Numbered from the stretch's first letter, positions 19,444 to 28,149 are shown. The stretch: 64,000 nt of DNA from Vulcanimicrobiota bacterium (GCA_050250895.1 JBFWNU010000001.1:1448008-1512007); one strand, 5' to 3'. Program-made: numbers and translations. The notes: a model not told the origin generated them from the letters alone.

Positions 19444-19452
19444 CTACTCGAC

Positions 19453-20388
19453 TCAAACAACCTCCTCGACCAGCTTGACTCGCATCGCTTCCAGGCGAAT
19501 GCCCTTGGCTTTCACCTGGGAGAGAAGTTCTTCTTCGCTCTCTTCAAGCAGCTCGCGAGTGGCCCGCGAAGTGGTCTGGAACTCGGCCCGAATACCCTTT
19601 TCGTCGTGAACAAGCGAAATTTTGACATCGCCGAGGTACTCGGGATTGAGCTTGAGGTTGAGTTCGGTCTGGTTGGCCAGATTGCGTACCTCGACATGCG
19701 CCAGGATCTGATTCATCAGGTTCTGGCGCTGCTCAGCTCGCTGGGCTTCGCCCGTCTTGCCGGCTTCCCGGGTCTTCATCGCCTCTTCGGCCAGCATCTG
19801 CTCGAGACGACCACCGGAGTTCGTATTGCCCGAGGCGGCCAGCTGCTCGTTGCTGGTCTTTTGCTCTTTGCCGTCGGCCTCGCGCAGCAGCGAGTCGATC
19901 AGGCGCGAAAGCTGGTTGCGGTCGGTCTGATTGGTCAGCTGGGTCAACTGCGAGTAGGACAGGTCCTTGAGGTTGAGGCCCTTGCCCAGCAGCATTTTCT
20001 GCAGCTCGGAGAGGCCCACCTTGTCCATCGAAAATTCGCCCAGCTTGAAGGCCTGGCGTTCGGCCGTGGACATCGTAGAAGGGTCCTTGTAGGCCAGCGT
20101 CTCGAGATAGGCCTGGAGCTTGGCCCCACCCTTGAGTTGCTCGGGCTTGGCCTCGACTTTGGCTTCGGCCTTAGCAGCTTCTTTGGCGTCTTCTTTGCCT
20201 TTCTTGGCTTTGTCTTCTTTGTCGGGCGCAGCCTTGTCGTCGATGACGCCTTCTTTGCCGCCGCCGCCCGATTGGACCGCGTCATTCATTGCCGAGCTGA
20301 AAGCCCCGGCGTCGCCCTTGTCGGTTTTCTTGCTCGTCTCACTGGCTTTGGTCGTGCCCATGAGTGAGCCGATGACTGGGTTGTCCAC
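19453..20388 (-). CDS. fliK: length-control (ruler) protein FliK
   Basis: Low-complexity N-terminus; C-terminal T3S4 domain LKLNPEYLGDVKISL..IRAEF. Confidence 0.85.
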   Translation of the reverse strand: MDNPVIGSLMGTTKASETSKKTDKGDAGAFSSAMNDAVQSGGGGKEGVIDDKAAPDKEDKAKKGKEDAKEAAKAEAKVEAKPEQLKGGAKLQAYLETLAYKDPSTMSTAERQAFKLGEFSMDKVGLSELQKMLLGKGLNLKDLSYSQLTQLTNQTDRNQLSRLIDSLLREADGKEQKTSNEQLAASGNTNSGGRLEQMLAEEAMKTREAGKTGEAQRAEQRQNLMNQILAHVEVRNLANQTELNLKLNPEYLGDVKISLVHDEKGIRAEFQTTSRATRELLEESEEELLSQVKAKGIRLEAMRVKLVEEVV

Positions 20389-20396
20389 CGTGCCTC

Positions 20397-21041
20397 CTAG
20401 ATGCTCTGTCCGTGGTTGGAACTGTAGTAACGATAGTTGTCGAGAACCTTGGCTACGTAATCTTGCGTTTCTTGATAGGGAGGAACGCCGCCGTGCTTTT
20501 CGACTGCACCGGGACCGGCGTTATAACCGGCGATGACTTTGGTCAGGTTGCCGTCGAAGCGGTCCATCAATTGGCGCAGATAGAGGGTGCCGCCCATGAT
20601 GTTCTGATAGGGATCGTAGGAGTCGGTCACTCCCAGCCCGGCAGCCGTCTCGGGCATCAATTGCATCAAGCCCTGGGCGCCTACATAAGAGGTGGCCTTG
20701 GGGTTATAGGCCGACTCTTGCTTGATGACCGAGCGAATCAGGGCCTGATCCACACCGTGTTTCTTCGAGGCCTCGGCGATCATGCCATCAAAATCCTTCG
20801 AGTCGCCATTCCAACGGTTGGCGTTGAGTTTGGCCGGGCCCGAACGAGCGTCATAGCGCTGATCGTCGGCCAGAGAATTGACCAGGCTCTCGAAGGTCAC
20901 CCCTTCGTTGCCGGCCGGCGCGCCGCTGGTCAGATTGGTCTGGCCGGCGTTGGACTGAAATCCGGCTCGCCCTCCCTCGAGTTTCGAATCGAGTTGGGCG
21001 ATCTTCTTCTCGATCGCGGCCATTCTATTGAATACTGACAC
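20397..21041 (-). CDS. soluble lytic transglycosylase (SLT domain)
   Basis: VIKQESAYNP, GAQGLMQLMP, AGYNAGPG, ETQDYV. Confidence 0.93.
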   Translation of the reverse strand: MSVFNRMAAIEKKIAQLDSKLEGGRAGFQSNAGQTNLTSGAPAGNEGVTFESLVNSLADDQRYDARSGPAKLNANRWNGDSKDFDGMIAEASKKHGVDQALIRSVIKQESAYNPKATSYVGAQGLMQLMPETAAGLGVTDSYDPYQNIMGGTLYLRQLMDRFDGNLTKVIAGYNAGPGAVEKHGGVPPYQETQDYVAKVLDNYRYYSSNHGQSI

Positions 21042-21052
21042 GATGTTCCTCC

Positions 21053-21526
21053 CTATCGCTCTTCGGCTGCTTCGCGTGCCTCACGGGCAAACTTGATGGT
21101 CGCTAGTTCGTCGATCAGACGGGCCTCGACAGCGTCCATCTCGGCCACCCATTCCTCCTGGCACTTTTCCTTGTGTTTTTCGTAGACTTTCTTCTCTTGA
21201 GCCGCCTTCAGTAGAGCTTTCCTCTGCTCTATGATTCTAATGGCTAGCTCTCGTAGACGCAACTCCTGGCTTTTTATTTTGTTCTCTAGATTCTTGATGT
21301 GGGCGGGGTAGAAGCGTAGTTCTTCCATGTTGAGGCTGCCGCTCAGGTGCTTGGTTTTGAGCGTCAGGCGGACATCCCTCAACGTCTGTTCGAGCTGGGC
21401 TTTGACCTGCTTTTCGTAAGCCTCTTGCTCGAGCAGCTTGGCCAGCTTTTCTTTCTCTTCTTCCTCTCGCTTGACTTTGAACTCGAGTACCTTCTCGAGT
21501 CGATACTTGAACTTTTTCGGCGGCAC
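21053..21526 (-). CDS. fliJ: export stalk protein FliJ
   Basis: KFKYRLEKVL N-terminus, coiled coil, LIDELA; follows fliI. Confidence 0.85.
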   Translation of the reverse strand: MPPKKFKYRLEKVLEFKVKREEEEKEKLAKLLEQEAYEKQVKAQLEQTLRDVRLTLKTKHLSGSLNMEELRFYPAHIKNLENKIKSQELRLRELAIRIIEQRKALLKAAQEKKVYEKHKEKCQEEWVAEMDAVEARLIDELATIKFAREAREAAEER

Positions 21527-22845
21527 TAGTCTTTGAAGATCCTTCTCAGGTGATCCATCATTTCGTCAAAGGTGCTTTGCTCGTGGATGCCTTGTTTGAG
21601 AAAGGCGGCAATGGCGTCGTTCTTGGCGATAGCATAGTCGACCTTGGGGTTGGAGCCGCGCTGGTAGGCGCCGATGTTGATCAGGTCTTCGTTCTCGCGG
21701 TAGGTGGCCATGGCGTTGCGCAGGCGCCCGGCCAGCTCTTGATGCTCTTTGGTGGCGACTTCGGTAAATACACGAGAGACCGACTGCAGCACGTCCACGG
21801 CCGGATACATATTCTTGTGGGCGATCTTACGCGACAAGACGATGTGGCCGTCGAGAATACCACGAACCGCATCGGCGATCGGCTCGTTCATGTCGTCGCC
21901 GTCGACGAGCACGGTGTAGACAGCGGTGATCGTTCCCTTGGGGGAGGTGCCGGCCCGCTCCATCAGCTTCGGCAAGAGGGCAAAGCAAGAAGGCGTATAG
22001 CCTTTGGTAGCGGGAGGCTCCCCGATGGCCAGTCCGACTTCGCGCTGAGCCATGGCAAAACGCGTCACCGAGTCCATCATCAGCATCACGTTGTAACCCT
22101 GGTCGCGGAAGAACTCAGCCACCGCCGTGCCTGTGTAGGCGGCCTTGAGGCGCACCAGGGCAGGCGTGTCGGAGGTGGCCACCGCCACCACCGAGCGCTT
22201 CATGCCTTCTTCGCCCAGGTCGCGCTCGAGAAAGTCACGCAACTCACGGCCACGCTCGCCGATGAGGGCCAGCACCGCAATGTCGGTTTCGGAAAAGCGC
22301 GCGATCATGGACAGGGTGGTCGATTTACCGACGCCCGAACCGGCGAAGATTCCTACACGTTGGCCGCGGCCGAAGGTCAGGGTCGAGTCCAGCACGCGAA
22401 TGCCCATCGAGATGCGCTCTTCGATGCGCGGTCGGGTGATCGGGTTGGGTGGCGTGTTGTAGATGGGATACTCCTCTTCGCAGTCGAGGGGACCCAGGCC
22501 ATCGATCGGTTCGCCCAGACCGTCGAGTACGCGCCCCAAGAGTCCCCAGCCCACCTTCACCATGAGCGGCTTGCCCGTCGAGCGAACCTCGCATCCCGGG
22601 CCGATGCCACCCATCTCGCCCAGGGGCATGAGCTGGACCCGGTTGGCTTTGAAGCCTACCACCTCGGACCGGATGGAGCGTCCCTCCTGGTCATAAATGT
22701 AGCATAGCTCACCCAGTCGCACGGCCGGTCCCTCGGACTCGATGGTCAGGCCGATGACCTGCACCACTCTGCCGTGCTGCTTGATAGTCTGGATGCGAGG
22801 CAATATCTTTTCGTAGCGGCTAAAATCGACGGCTAACTCAGCCAT
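21526..22845 (-). CDS. fliI: type III export ATPase FliI
   Basis: GIFAGSGVGKST, LIGERGRE, MDSVTRFAMAQRE, GEPPATKGY, ILDGHIVL; start at ATG 22845. Confidence 0.96.
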   Translation of the reverse strand: MAELAVDFSRYEKILPRIQTIKQHGRVVQVIGLTIESEGPAVRLGELCYIYDQEGRSIRSEVVGFKANRVQLMPLGEMGGIGPGCEVRSTGKPLMVKVGWGLLGRVLDGLGEPIDGLGPLDCEEEYPIYNTPPNPITRPRIEERISMGIRVLDSTLTFGRGQRVGIFAGSGVGKSTTLSMIARFSETDIAVLALIGERGRELRDFLERDLGEEGMKRSVVAVATSDTPALVRLKAAYTGTAVAEFFRDQGYNVMLMMDSVTRFAMAQREVGLAIGEPPATKGYTPSCFALLPKLMERAGTSPKGTITAVYTVLVDGDDMNEPIADAVRGILDGHIVLSRKIAHKNMYPAVDVLQSVSRVFTEVATKEHQELAGRLRNAMATYRENEDLINIGAYQRGSNPKVDYAIAKNDAIAAFLKQGIHEQSTFDEMMDHLRRIFKD

Positions 22846-24049
22846 TCTCTTCCTCCTGCGAGAACTCGGGCTCGGCCTCGAACTCGGGCTCGGGGGTGAA
22901 TTCTTCTTCGGGTGCAAAATCGGGCTCTTGAGGGGTAACCTCTTCGAGCCCCTGGAAGTCGGGGTCGCCGGGGACCTCGACCGGTTCGGTGGCGGCCTGG
23001 TTGGCGAGTTCTTCTTCGCGCAGTTTGGCCATCTCTTCCATGCCGTGGCGAATCGCATCGAGCTGAGTATGTAATCTGGCGTCGATGTTGCCCAGGTTGG
23101 TCTCGATGGTGCAGCCGCCCGGATCGATGGTCGGATCGGCCACCACCTCAAAGCTCTTGAGCCCTTCGACCATCCGCTCGAAGCTGGCGCGATGATCGCG
23201 TACGATCTGCACATCTTGCGGGTTGACCCGGATCGAGACCTCCTCTCGGTCCTTGATGGCGCCCAGTGCCTGGCGCACGATGGCTAGAATGACCTCGGGG
23301 TCGACCTTGATGGCTTCGCCTAGCACCCGCTCGGCGATCTTGACCGCCAACCGGGCGAGTTCGGGCTCGACCGTGGCCACGATGGCCCGCCGGGCCCGCA
23401 CGGCCTGAACATACATATCCTTGGCCTGGGCAATCCGCTCGACGAACTCGCCCACCGAGGCGTTGTAGCCCTGCTGATGGCCGGCCTGTAGGCCTTCTTG
23501 ATAACCACGCTCGCGAGCCTGCTCTTCGGCCTGCTGGGCCGCCTGCTGGGCCTGCGTGGCCGTCTGCTGCATGTAGTGCTGGGCCTGGGCCTGAGCTTCT
23601 TGCAGCATCTGCTGGGCTTTCATCCGGGCCTGCTCGAGGATCTGCTCGTCGATGGGCGGACCCTTCTGCACCTCTTCTTCGGGCTCTTCCAGGTCTTCGT
23701 CGTCAAACTCGAGTTCGATGGGATCGGGCTGGGGTGGGGCCGGCGGCCGATCGCCGCCCACGATCAGCGTCTGGGTCAGCGGATTGAGGGTGCTCGGCTT
23801 GGTCTCGACCCTCGGCTTGCCACCGATGACACGGCCGGTGCTCTCGACCCTGGGCGGGCTGACCAGCGTCTGCTCGAAGGGAGGCTCCGGCTCGGGTTCG
23901 GGTTCTTCGTCGTCGCGCTCGAGCTGGGTGGGATGCATGGGAGCAAAGCTCTGCCCCTCGGCGTTGTCACGGTGCCGATACAGGTTCGACGAGGGAGCGG
24001 CGGGTTTTTGCTCTACGCTTTCTCCCTTTTTGCGCTTGATGAGTGCCAC
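22838..24049 (-). CDS. fliH: FliH/SctL ATPase regulator with long acidic Pro-rich extensions
   Basis: GYQEGLQAGHQQG repeats, IRVNPQD, GGCTIETNLGNIDA. Confidence 0.88.
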   Translation of the reverse strand: MALIKRKKGESVEQKPAAPSSNLYRHRDNAEGQSFAPMHPTQLERDDEEPEPEPEPPFEQTLVSPPRVESTGRVIGGKPRVETKPSTLNPLTQTLIVGGDRPPAPPQPDPIELEFDDEDLEEPEEEVQKGPPIDEQILEQARMKAQQMLQEAQAQAQHYMQQTATQAQQAAQQAEEQARERGYQEGLQAGHQQGYNASVGEFVERIAQAKDMYVQAVRARRAIVATVEPELARLAVKIAERVLGEAIKVDPEVILAIVRQALGAIKDREEVSIRVNPQDVQIVRDHRASFERMVEGLKSFEVVADPTIDPGGCTIETNLGNIDARLHTQLDAIRHGMEEMAKLREEELANQAATEPVEVPGDPDFQGLEEVTPQEPDFAPEEEFTPEPEFEAEPEFSQEEENG

Positions 24050-24058
24050 AAGCGGCTC

Positions 24059-25060
24059 CTATTTGAACTTGATCTTGCCCAGGGTCACCAACCCCCTGAG
24101 GATGTTGCGAATCTGCTGTTGGGCGGCCTTGGTTTCGTCGAAGGGCACCTGGCCCAGACTCTCGACATCGTCGCGCAGAGCCTTGGCCACCTCGGGCGAG
24201 AGGAAGCGATAAATGCGCTCGGCCAGGTCCTTGTTGGCACCCTTGAGGGCCAGCACCAGGTCGCGAAAGTCGGTCAACCGCAGCACCTGCTGCAGCGAGT
24301 TGTCGTCAATATTGTTGAGGTCTTCGAAGTCACACAGCTTGGTCTTGATGTCGCTGGCCAGCCGCGGGCTCTTCTGAGTCAGCCCGGAGAGCACGCTGGC
24401 TTCGGTGCCGCGGTCCGCCTGGTTGAGAATCTGCAGCAACGTTTCCTTGCCATCGCTATGGCTTTGGAAGCCCTCCTCGAGCGCCTTGTGCAGGCGGCCC
24501 TCGAGAATCTTCTCGAGTTCAGAGACTACCTCGCTCGAAACGTGGCCAAGCTCGGCCAACCGCTTGGCCACCTCGGTCTGGGTGGTCGGCGTGAGTTCGC
24601 CGAGCACCGCCGAGGCCTGGTTGGAGTCTAGATAAGACAAGACCACGGCGATGGTCTGCGGGTGCTCTTTGCGGATCAGATGGATCAGTTGGCGCGGATC
24701 GACTTTGCGTAAGAAGCCCAGCGGACGATTGGCCGCCGCACCGGGCGGGCCGCCCATGGTCGGCGGCATCGACTTGCTGCCCATCATGGGCTGGGTGAAA
24801 GCTGCGTGGGCCGGAGCGGTCGGCGCCGAGCCGCCTCCGCCGGAGGACTGAAGAAATTCTTCGATGACTTGAGCTCGGATCTCGGGGGAGATCTGAGGCA
24901 GCTTCGAGATCTCGAGAGTGATGGCCTGAACTTCTTCGGGGCCGAGTTCTCGAAACAGTTGCGCCGAGACCTCGGGAGGGAGCGACATCAGCAAGATAGC
25001 CGCTTTCTGCTTAGGAGGCAGGTTGCTGGTCGAAATGGCCTTCCACTTTCCTTTCTGCAT
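24059..25060 (-). CDS. fliG: C-ring protein FliG (degenerate torque helix)
   Basis: QKAAILL, EHPQTIA, FEDL, LALKGA, LRDD, AQQQI. Confidence 0.93.
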   Translation of the reverse strand: MQKGKWKAISTSNLPPKQKAAILLMSLPPEVSAQLFRELGPEEVQAITLEISKLPQISPEIRAQVIEEFLQSSGGGGSAPTAPAHAAFTQPMMGSKSMPPTMGGPPGAAANRPLGFLRKVDPRQLIHLIRKEHPQTIAVVLSYLDSNQASAVLGELTPTTQTEVAKRLAELGHVSSEVVSELEKILEGRLHKALEEGFQSHSDGKETLLQILNQADRGTEASVLSGLTQKSPRLASDIKTKLCDFEDLNNIDDNSLQQVLRLTDFRDLVLALKGANKDLAERIYRFLSPEVAKALRDDVESLGQVPFDETKAAQQQIRNILRGLVTLGKIKFK

Positions 25061-25116
25061 GGTTGCGCCCCGGGACAGGCCCGAGGCGCAATTCCATCAT
25101 ATCGAAGTCTGGTCGA

Positions 25117-26790
25117 CTAGGACAGCCAGGTGCTCTTGAGCATCTCGGCCACTTTGGTGGGACGCTCTTTGGCCAGCTGTTCTAGCTGCTCGTTGGTGTT
25201 GACTTTGGTCTCGCCAGCGCTCGGAGGAGCGGTCGACTTGCCCGACTTCTCGTTGAGCAGGTCGGCGATGTCGGTCGAGGTGGCGCCCGAGGTGCCGCCC
25301 AGGACCAGTTTGCCCTGGTTGACCTGGACCGAGTGCTGCTTGACCATGAAGGTCAGAATCAGACCCAGGAAGACCAGCGCCACAGCCGTGCCAGCGATGG
25401 TCAGGTGGCGAGCGGTCAAGCCGCCGCCGCCGGCCGTCTCGCCGAAGCCGGGGGGAGGGGTGATGGCCAGATCAGTGCCACCAACCGCCGGACGATAGAT
25501 AGGCATGCTCTCGACCACGACGCTGTCGCCGCGGGCTTCGTCGATACCGATAGCGTTGCGCACGATACCGGCAATCTTGGCCACCTGGTCTTCTTTGAGG
25601 TTGTCAACGACCACCGAAGCGGTCTTGCGTTTGACGCGATAACTCTTGTCTACGGTGCGGGACACGGTCTTGCTGGTGTCGATCTTGACCGACTCGACCT
25701 CGTGCACATAGTTGTTGTTGCTGGTCCCGCCGGATGAAGCCTGTTCGACATCGGTGGACAACTGGCGGGCGTTGGAGCTGCCGCCGGCGTTAGGATCCTT
25801 CGAGTAGCTCTCGACCTTCTTCTGGCGGCCCACTACGACGGTGCCCTGGTCAGCCGGTCCGCCCACCACCGAACGGGTTACTTCGTTTTGGGAGAAGTCG
25901 AGTTCGGCATTCACGGTGGCCACGGCTTTGCCCGGGCCGAGAACTTTGTCGAGCTGGTCTTGAACCTTTTGGGTTAGCTCTTTTTCAATACCCAGCTGGG
26001 TCTCTTGTTGGGTGCCAGCGACTTGCGCGCCGTCGGGGCCCTGAGGCAACTGGGCGGTCAGGTCCATTCCCATGGTGTCCACGATTTTGACGTGCTCGGG
26101 CAAGAGTTCAGGCACCGAGAAAGAGACCAGATGGACGATGCCAGCGATCTGCTCGCGGGTCAGCTTGGCGCTCGGCTCGAGTTTGACCAGCACCGTGGCG
26201 GTGGTCGGGCGCGAGTCGTCGCGGAAGTAGGTCTGCTCGGGAATGGCCAGCTTGATGTAAGCGTCGGCCACGCCTTCAACCTGGCGAACGGTTTCGGTCA
26301 GTTCGCCCTCCAGCATCCGCTGGCGTAAAGCTTTCTGTTCGGCCTGAGTCTTGGCCTGAATGCCACCTTCGGGGGTATTGTAGGGGGTGGTGATAGCGTG
26401 CCGGGGCAGGCCTTTGGCAGCCAGGGCCACCTGGGCACGAGCTTTGGTTTTGGGAGAGACCAGAATGCCGTCGAGCAAGTCCACATTGTGGGGGATGCCC
26501 AGGCTGGTGAGTTCCATCGCCACGGCCTTGGTGTCTTCGTCGTTAAGCTTCGTGGTGTAGAGAGGCACGTAGGCGTTGGCCGTGTTGGAGTGGACCACGA
26601 AGGCCGTTCCCAAAATGGCGATCACCAGAAATGCCGAAAGAGCGATCTTGGTACCTTTGCCAAGTCCCTCCCACATTTCTTTGATTTTTCCCAGGGGCCC
26701 GCCTCCGCCGGCTGGACCTTTCCCGATTGCGGAGCGTCCTGTTGCCAGGCGACTGCCGCTTTTCATCCCCGTTTGGATCCCGGTGGCCAT
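25117..26790 (-). CDS. fliF: MS-ring protein FliF
   Basis: Two TM helices, LEGELTETV, LAIPE, TATVLVKL, IVHLVSFSVPEL, C-terminal PTKVAEMLKSTWL. Confidence 0.93.
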   Translation of the reverse strand: MATGIQTGMKSGSRLATGRSAIGKGPAGGGGPLGKIKEMWEGLGKGTKIALSAFLVIAILGTAFVVHSNTANAYVPLYTTKLNDEDTKAVAMELTSLGIPHNVDLLDGILVSPKTKARAQVALAAKGLPRHAITTPYNTPEGGIQAKTQAEQKALRQRMLEGELTETVRQVEGVADAYIKLAIPEQTYFRDDSRPTTATVLVKLEPSAKLTREQIAGIVHLVSFSVPELLPEHVKIVDTMGMDLTAQLPQGPDGAQVAGTQQETQLGIEKELTQKVQDQLDKVLGPGKAVATVNAELDFSQNEVTRSVVGGPADQGTVVVGRQKKVESYSKDPNAGGSSNARQLSTDVEQASSGGTSNNNYVHEVESVKIDTSKTVSRTVDKSYRVKRKTASVVVDNLKEDQVAKIAGIVRNAIGIDEARGDSVVVESMPIYRPAVGGTDLAITPPPGFGETAGGGGLTARHLTIAGTAVALVFLGLILTFMVKQHSVQVNQGKLVLGGTSGATSTDIADLLNEKSGKSTAPPSAGETKVNTNEQLEQLAKERPTKVAEMLKSTWLS

Positions 26791-26865
26791 AGTTTCTCCT
26801 CTCCTACCTACCGGCGCTCTCTCTCTGTTTTAGCGAGCGCCGCTCCTTACCCCTCGCGAACTTTC

Positions 26866-27216
26866 TTAGAGCTGCATCTGGAACAGCTGAGTGGTGGCTT
26901 GGGCCATCTTGCCCACCACGGTGGTGGTCAGCTTCATCATCACCTCGGCCTTGGCGCCGGCGATGGTCATCTCGTGCAGGCCGTCCATGTTGCCGCTCAA
27001 CAGGTTGTTGGTCGACTTGATGGAGCCGTCGATGGTCGTGTTGACGGTGTTGAGGCTCTCAGCCAGCACGGCGCCGAAGGCTTTACCGTTTTCTTCGGAC
27101 TGACCGGGCTGCTCGATCATTTTCGGCATGCCGATGCCGGAGATCGGGGAACCGGTGGTTCCGATGCCGCTTACGCCGGAAGTGATACCCTGAATGGATT
27201 GAAAGGGGGACTGCAT
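26866..27216 (-). CDS. fliE: FliE-like adaptor (divergent C-terminus)
   Basis: FGAVLAESLNTVN, LHEMTIA..KAE, terminal MQL; position between flgC and fliF. Confidence 0.8.
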   Translation of the reverse strand: MQSPFQSIQGITSGVSGIGTTGSPISGIGMPKMIEQPGQSEENGKAFGAVLAESLNTVNTTIDGSIKSTNNLLSGNMDGLHEMTIAGAKAEVMMKLTTTVVGKMAQATTQLFQMQL

Positions 27217-27227
27217 AATCTTACTCC

Positions 27228-27710
27228 TTAGCCTTTACCGATCTCGAGAGCTTTCATCGCCATCGCTTTCGCCGATTCGATGGTGGTTGCGTTAGCCTCG
27301 TAGGCGCGACTGGCGGCCATCATCGAGGTCATTTCTTGAATGATGTTGACGTTGGGCATCGCGACGTAGCCTTTGCGATCACCCTCCTTTTCGGCGTTGG
27401 GATTGGTGGGGTCGTAGACCCAGCGGAAGTCGCTATTGTCTTCCATAATCCCGTTGACGCCGACACCGCCGCCCGAGAAGTTGACTTTGTTGTTGAAGTC
27501 GAACTCGCCGTCCATCGAGGCAGTGGTGAACGCCTGGTCGAACATCTCGGCCTGCTTGGCATTGATCACGGCAACCTGACGGCGGTAAGGATCTCCGTCT
27601 TCGGTTTTCGAGGTGTTCGCGTTGGCGATGTTGTTGGACACCACATCCATACGGAACTGCTCGGCGCGCATTCCGCTGGCTGCAATATCGAAGGTCTGGA
27701 AGAATTTCAT
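27228..27710 (-). CDS. flgC: proximal rod protein FlgC
   Basis: ASGMRAE, NNIANANT, PYRRQ, YDPTNPNA, GYVAMPNVN, ASRAYEAN. Confidence 0.96.
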   Translation of the reverse strand: MKFFQTFDIAASGMRAEQFRMDVVSNNIANANTSKTEDGDPYRRQVAVINAKQAEMFDQAFTTASMDGEFDFNNKVNFSGGGVGVNGIMEDNSDFRWVYDPTNPNAEKEGDRKGYVAMPNVNIIQEMTSMMAASRAYEANATTIESAKAMAMKALEIGKG

Positions 27711-27729
27711 CTAGTCTGCCTCTCTCGTC

Positions 27730-28149
27730 TTATCGACCGCTGTTTTCGACAACCCACTTCAGGGAGCCGTAGATGCCCGAGATCTTCGAAGCCAGAGCGT
27801 TATACATAATCTGGTTCTTGGCCAGACTGGCCATCTCGGAGTTGACATCCACCTTACCGCCCACATCTTCGATGGTGGGCTGCAGGCTGGCTTTGGTCCA
27901 ACCGCCGGCGCCATCAATGGCGAACTCGGGGTCGACTACTCCGGCGGGGCTGAAATCGGTGTCAGAGCCGGCGGCCTCGTCATTGTCCATCGCTTCGCGC
28001 AGATGATTCTCGAAAGCAACGGTCTGGGCTGTGTAGCCCTCGGTATTGACATTGGCCATGTTGTTCGAGATGACTTGCTGGCGCAGCGTGGCCGCACCGA
28101 TAGCCTTCTCTAACAGCGTTGTGTCAACAAGTTGAAACGGCTTCCCCAA
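27730..28149 (-). CDS. flgB: proximal rod protein FlgB
   Basis: LRQQVISNNMANVNTEGY, VDVNSEMASLAKNQIMYNAL; TTG start after AGGAGGAG. Confidence 0.9.
   Translation of the reverse strand: MGKPFQLVDTTLLEKAIGAATLRQQVISNNMANVNTEGYTAQTVAFENHLREAMDNDEAAGSDTDFSPAGVVDPEFAIDGAGGWTKASLQPTIEDVGGKVDVNSEMASLAKNQIMYNALASKISGIYGSLKWVVENSGR

Noticed and set aside
10925-28149. Canonical injectisome (Ysc/SPI/Hrp type)
   Set aside because: Components are flagellar-type (FliF, FliG, FliM, FliO, FlgB/C, FliP with signal peptide); no secretin, SctD, SctJ or translocon genes in the cluster
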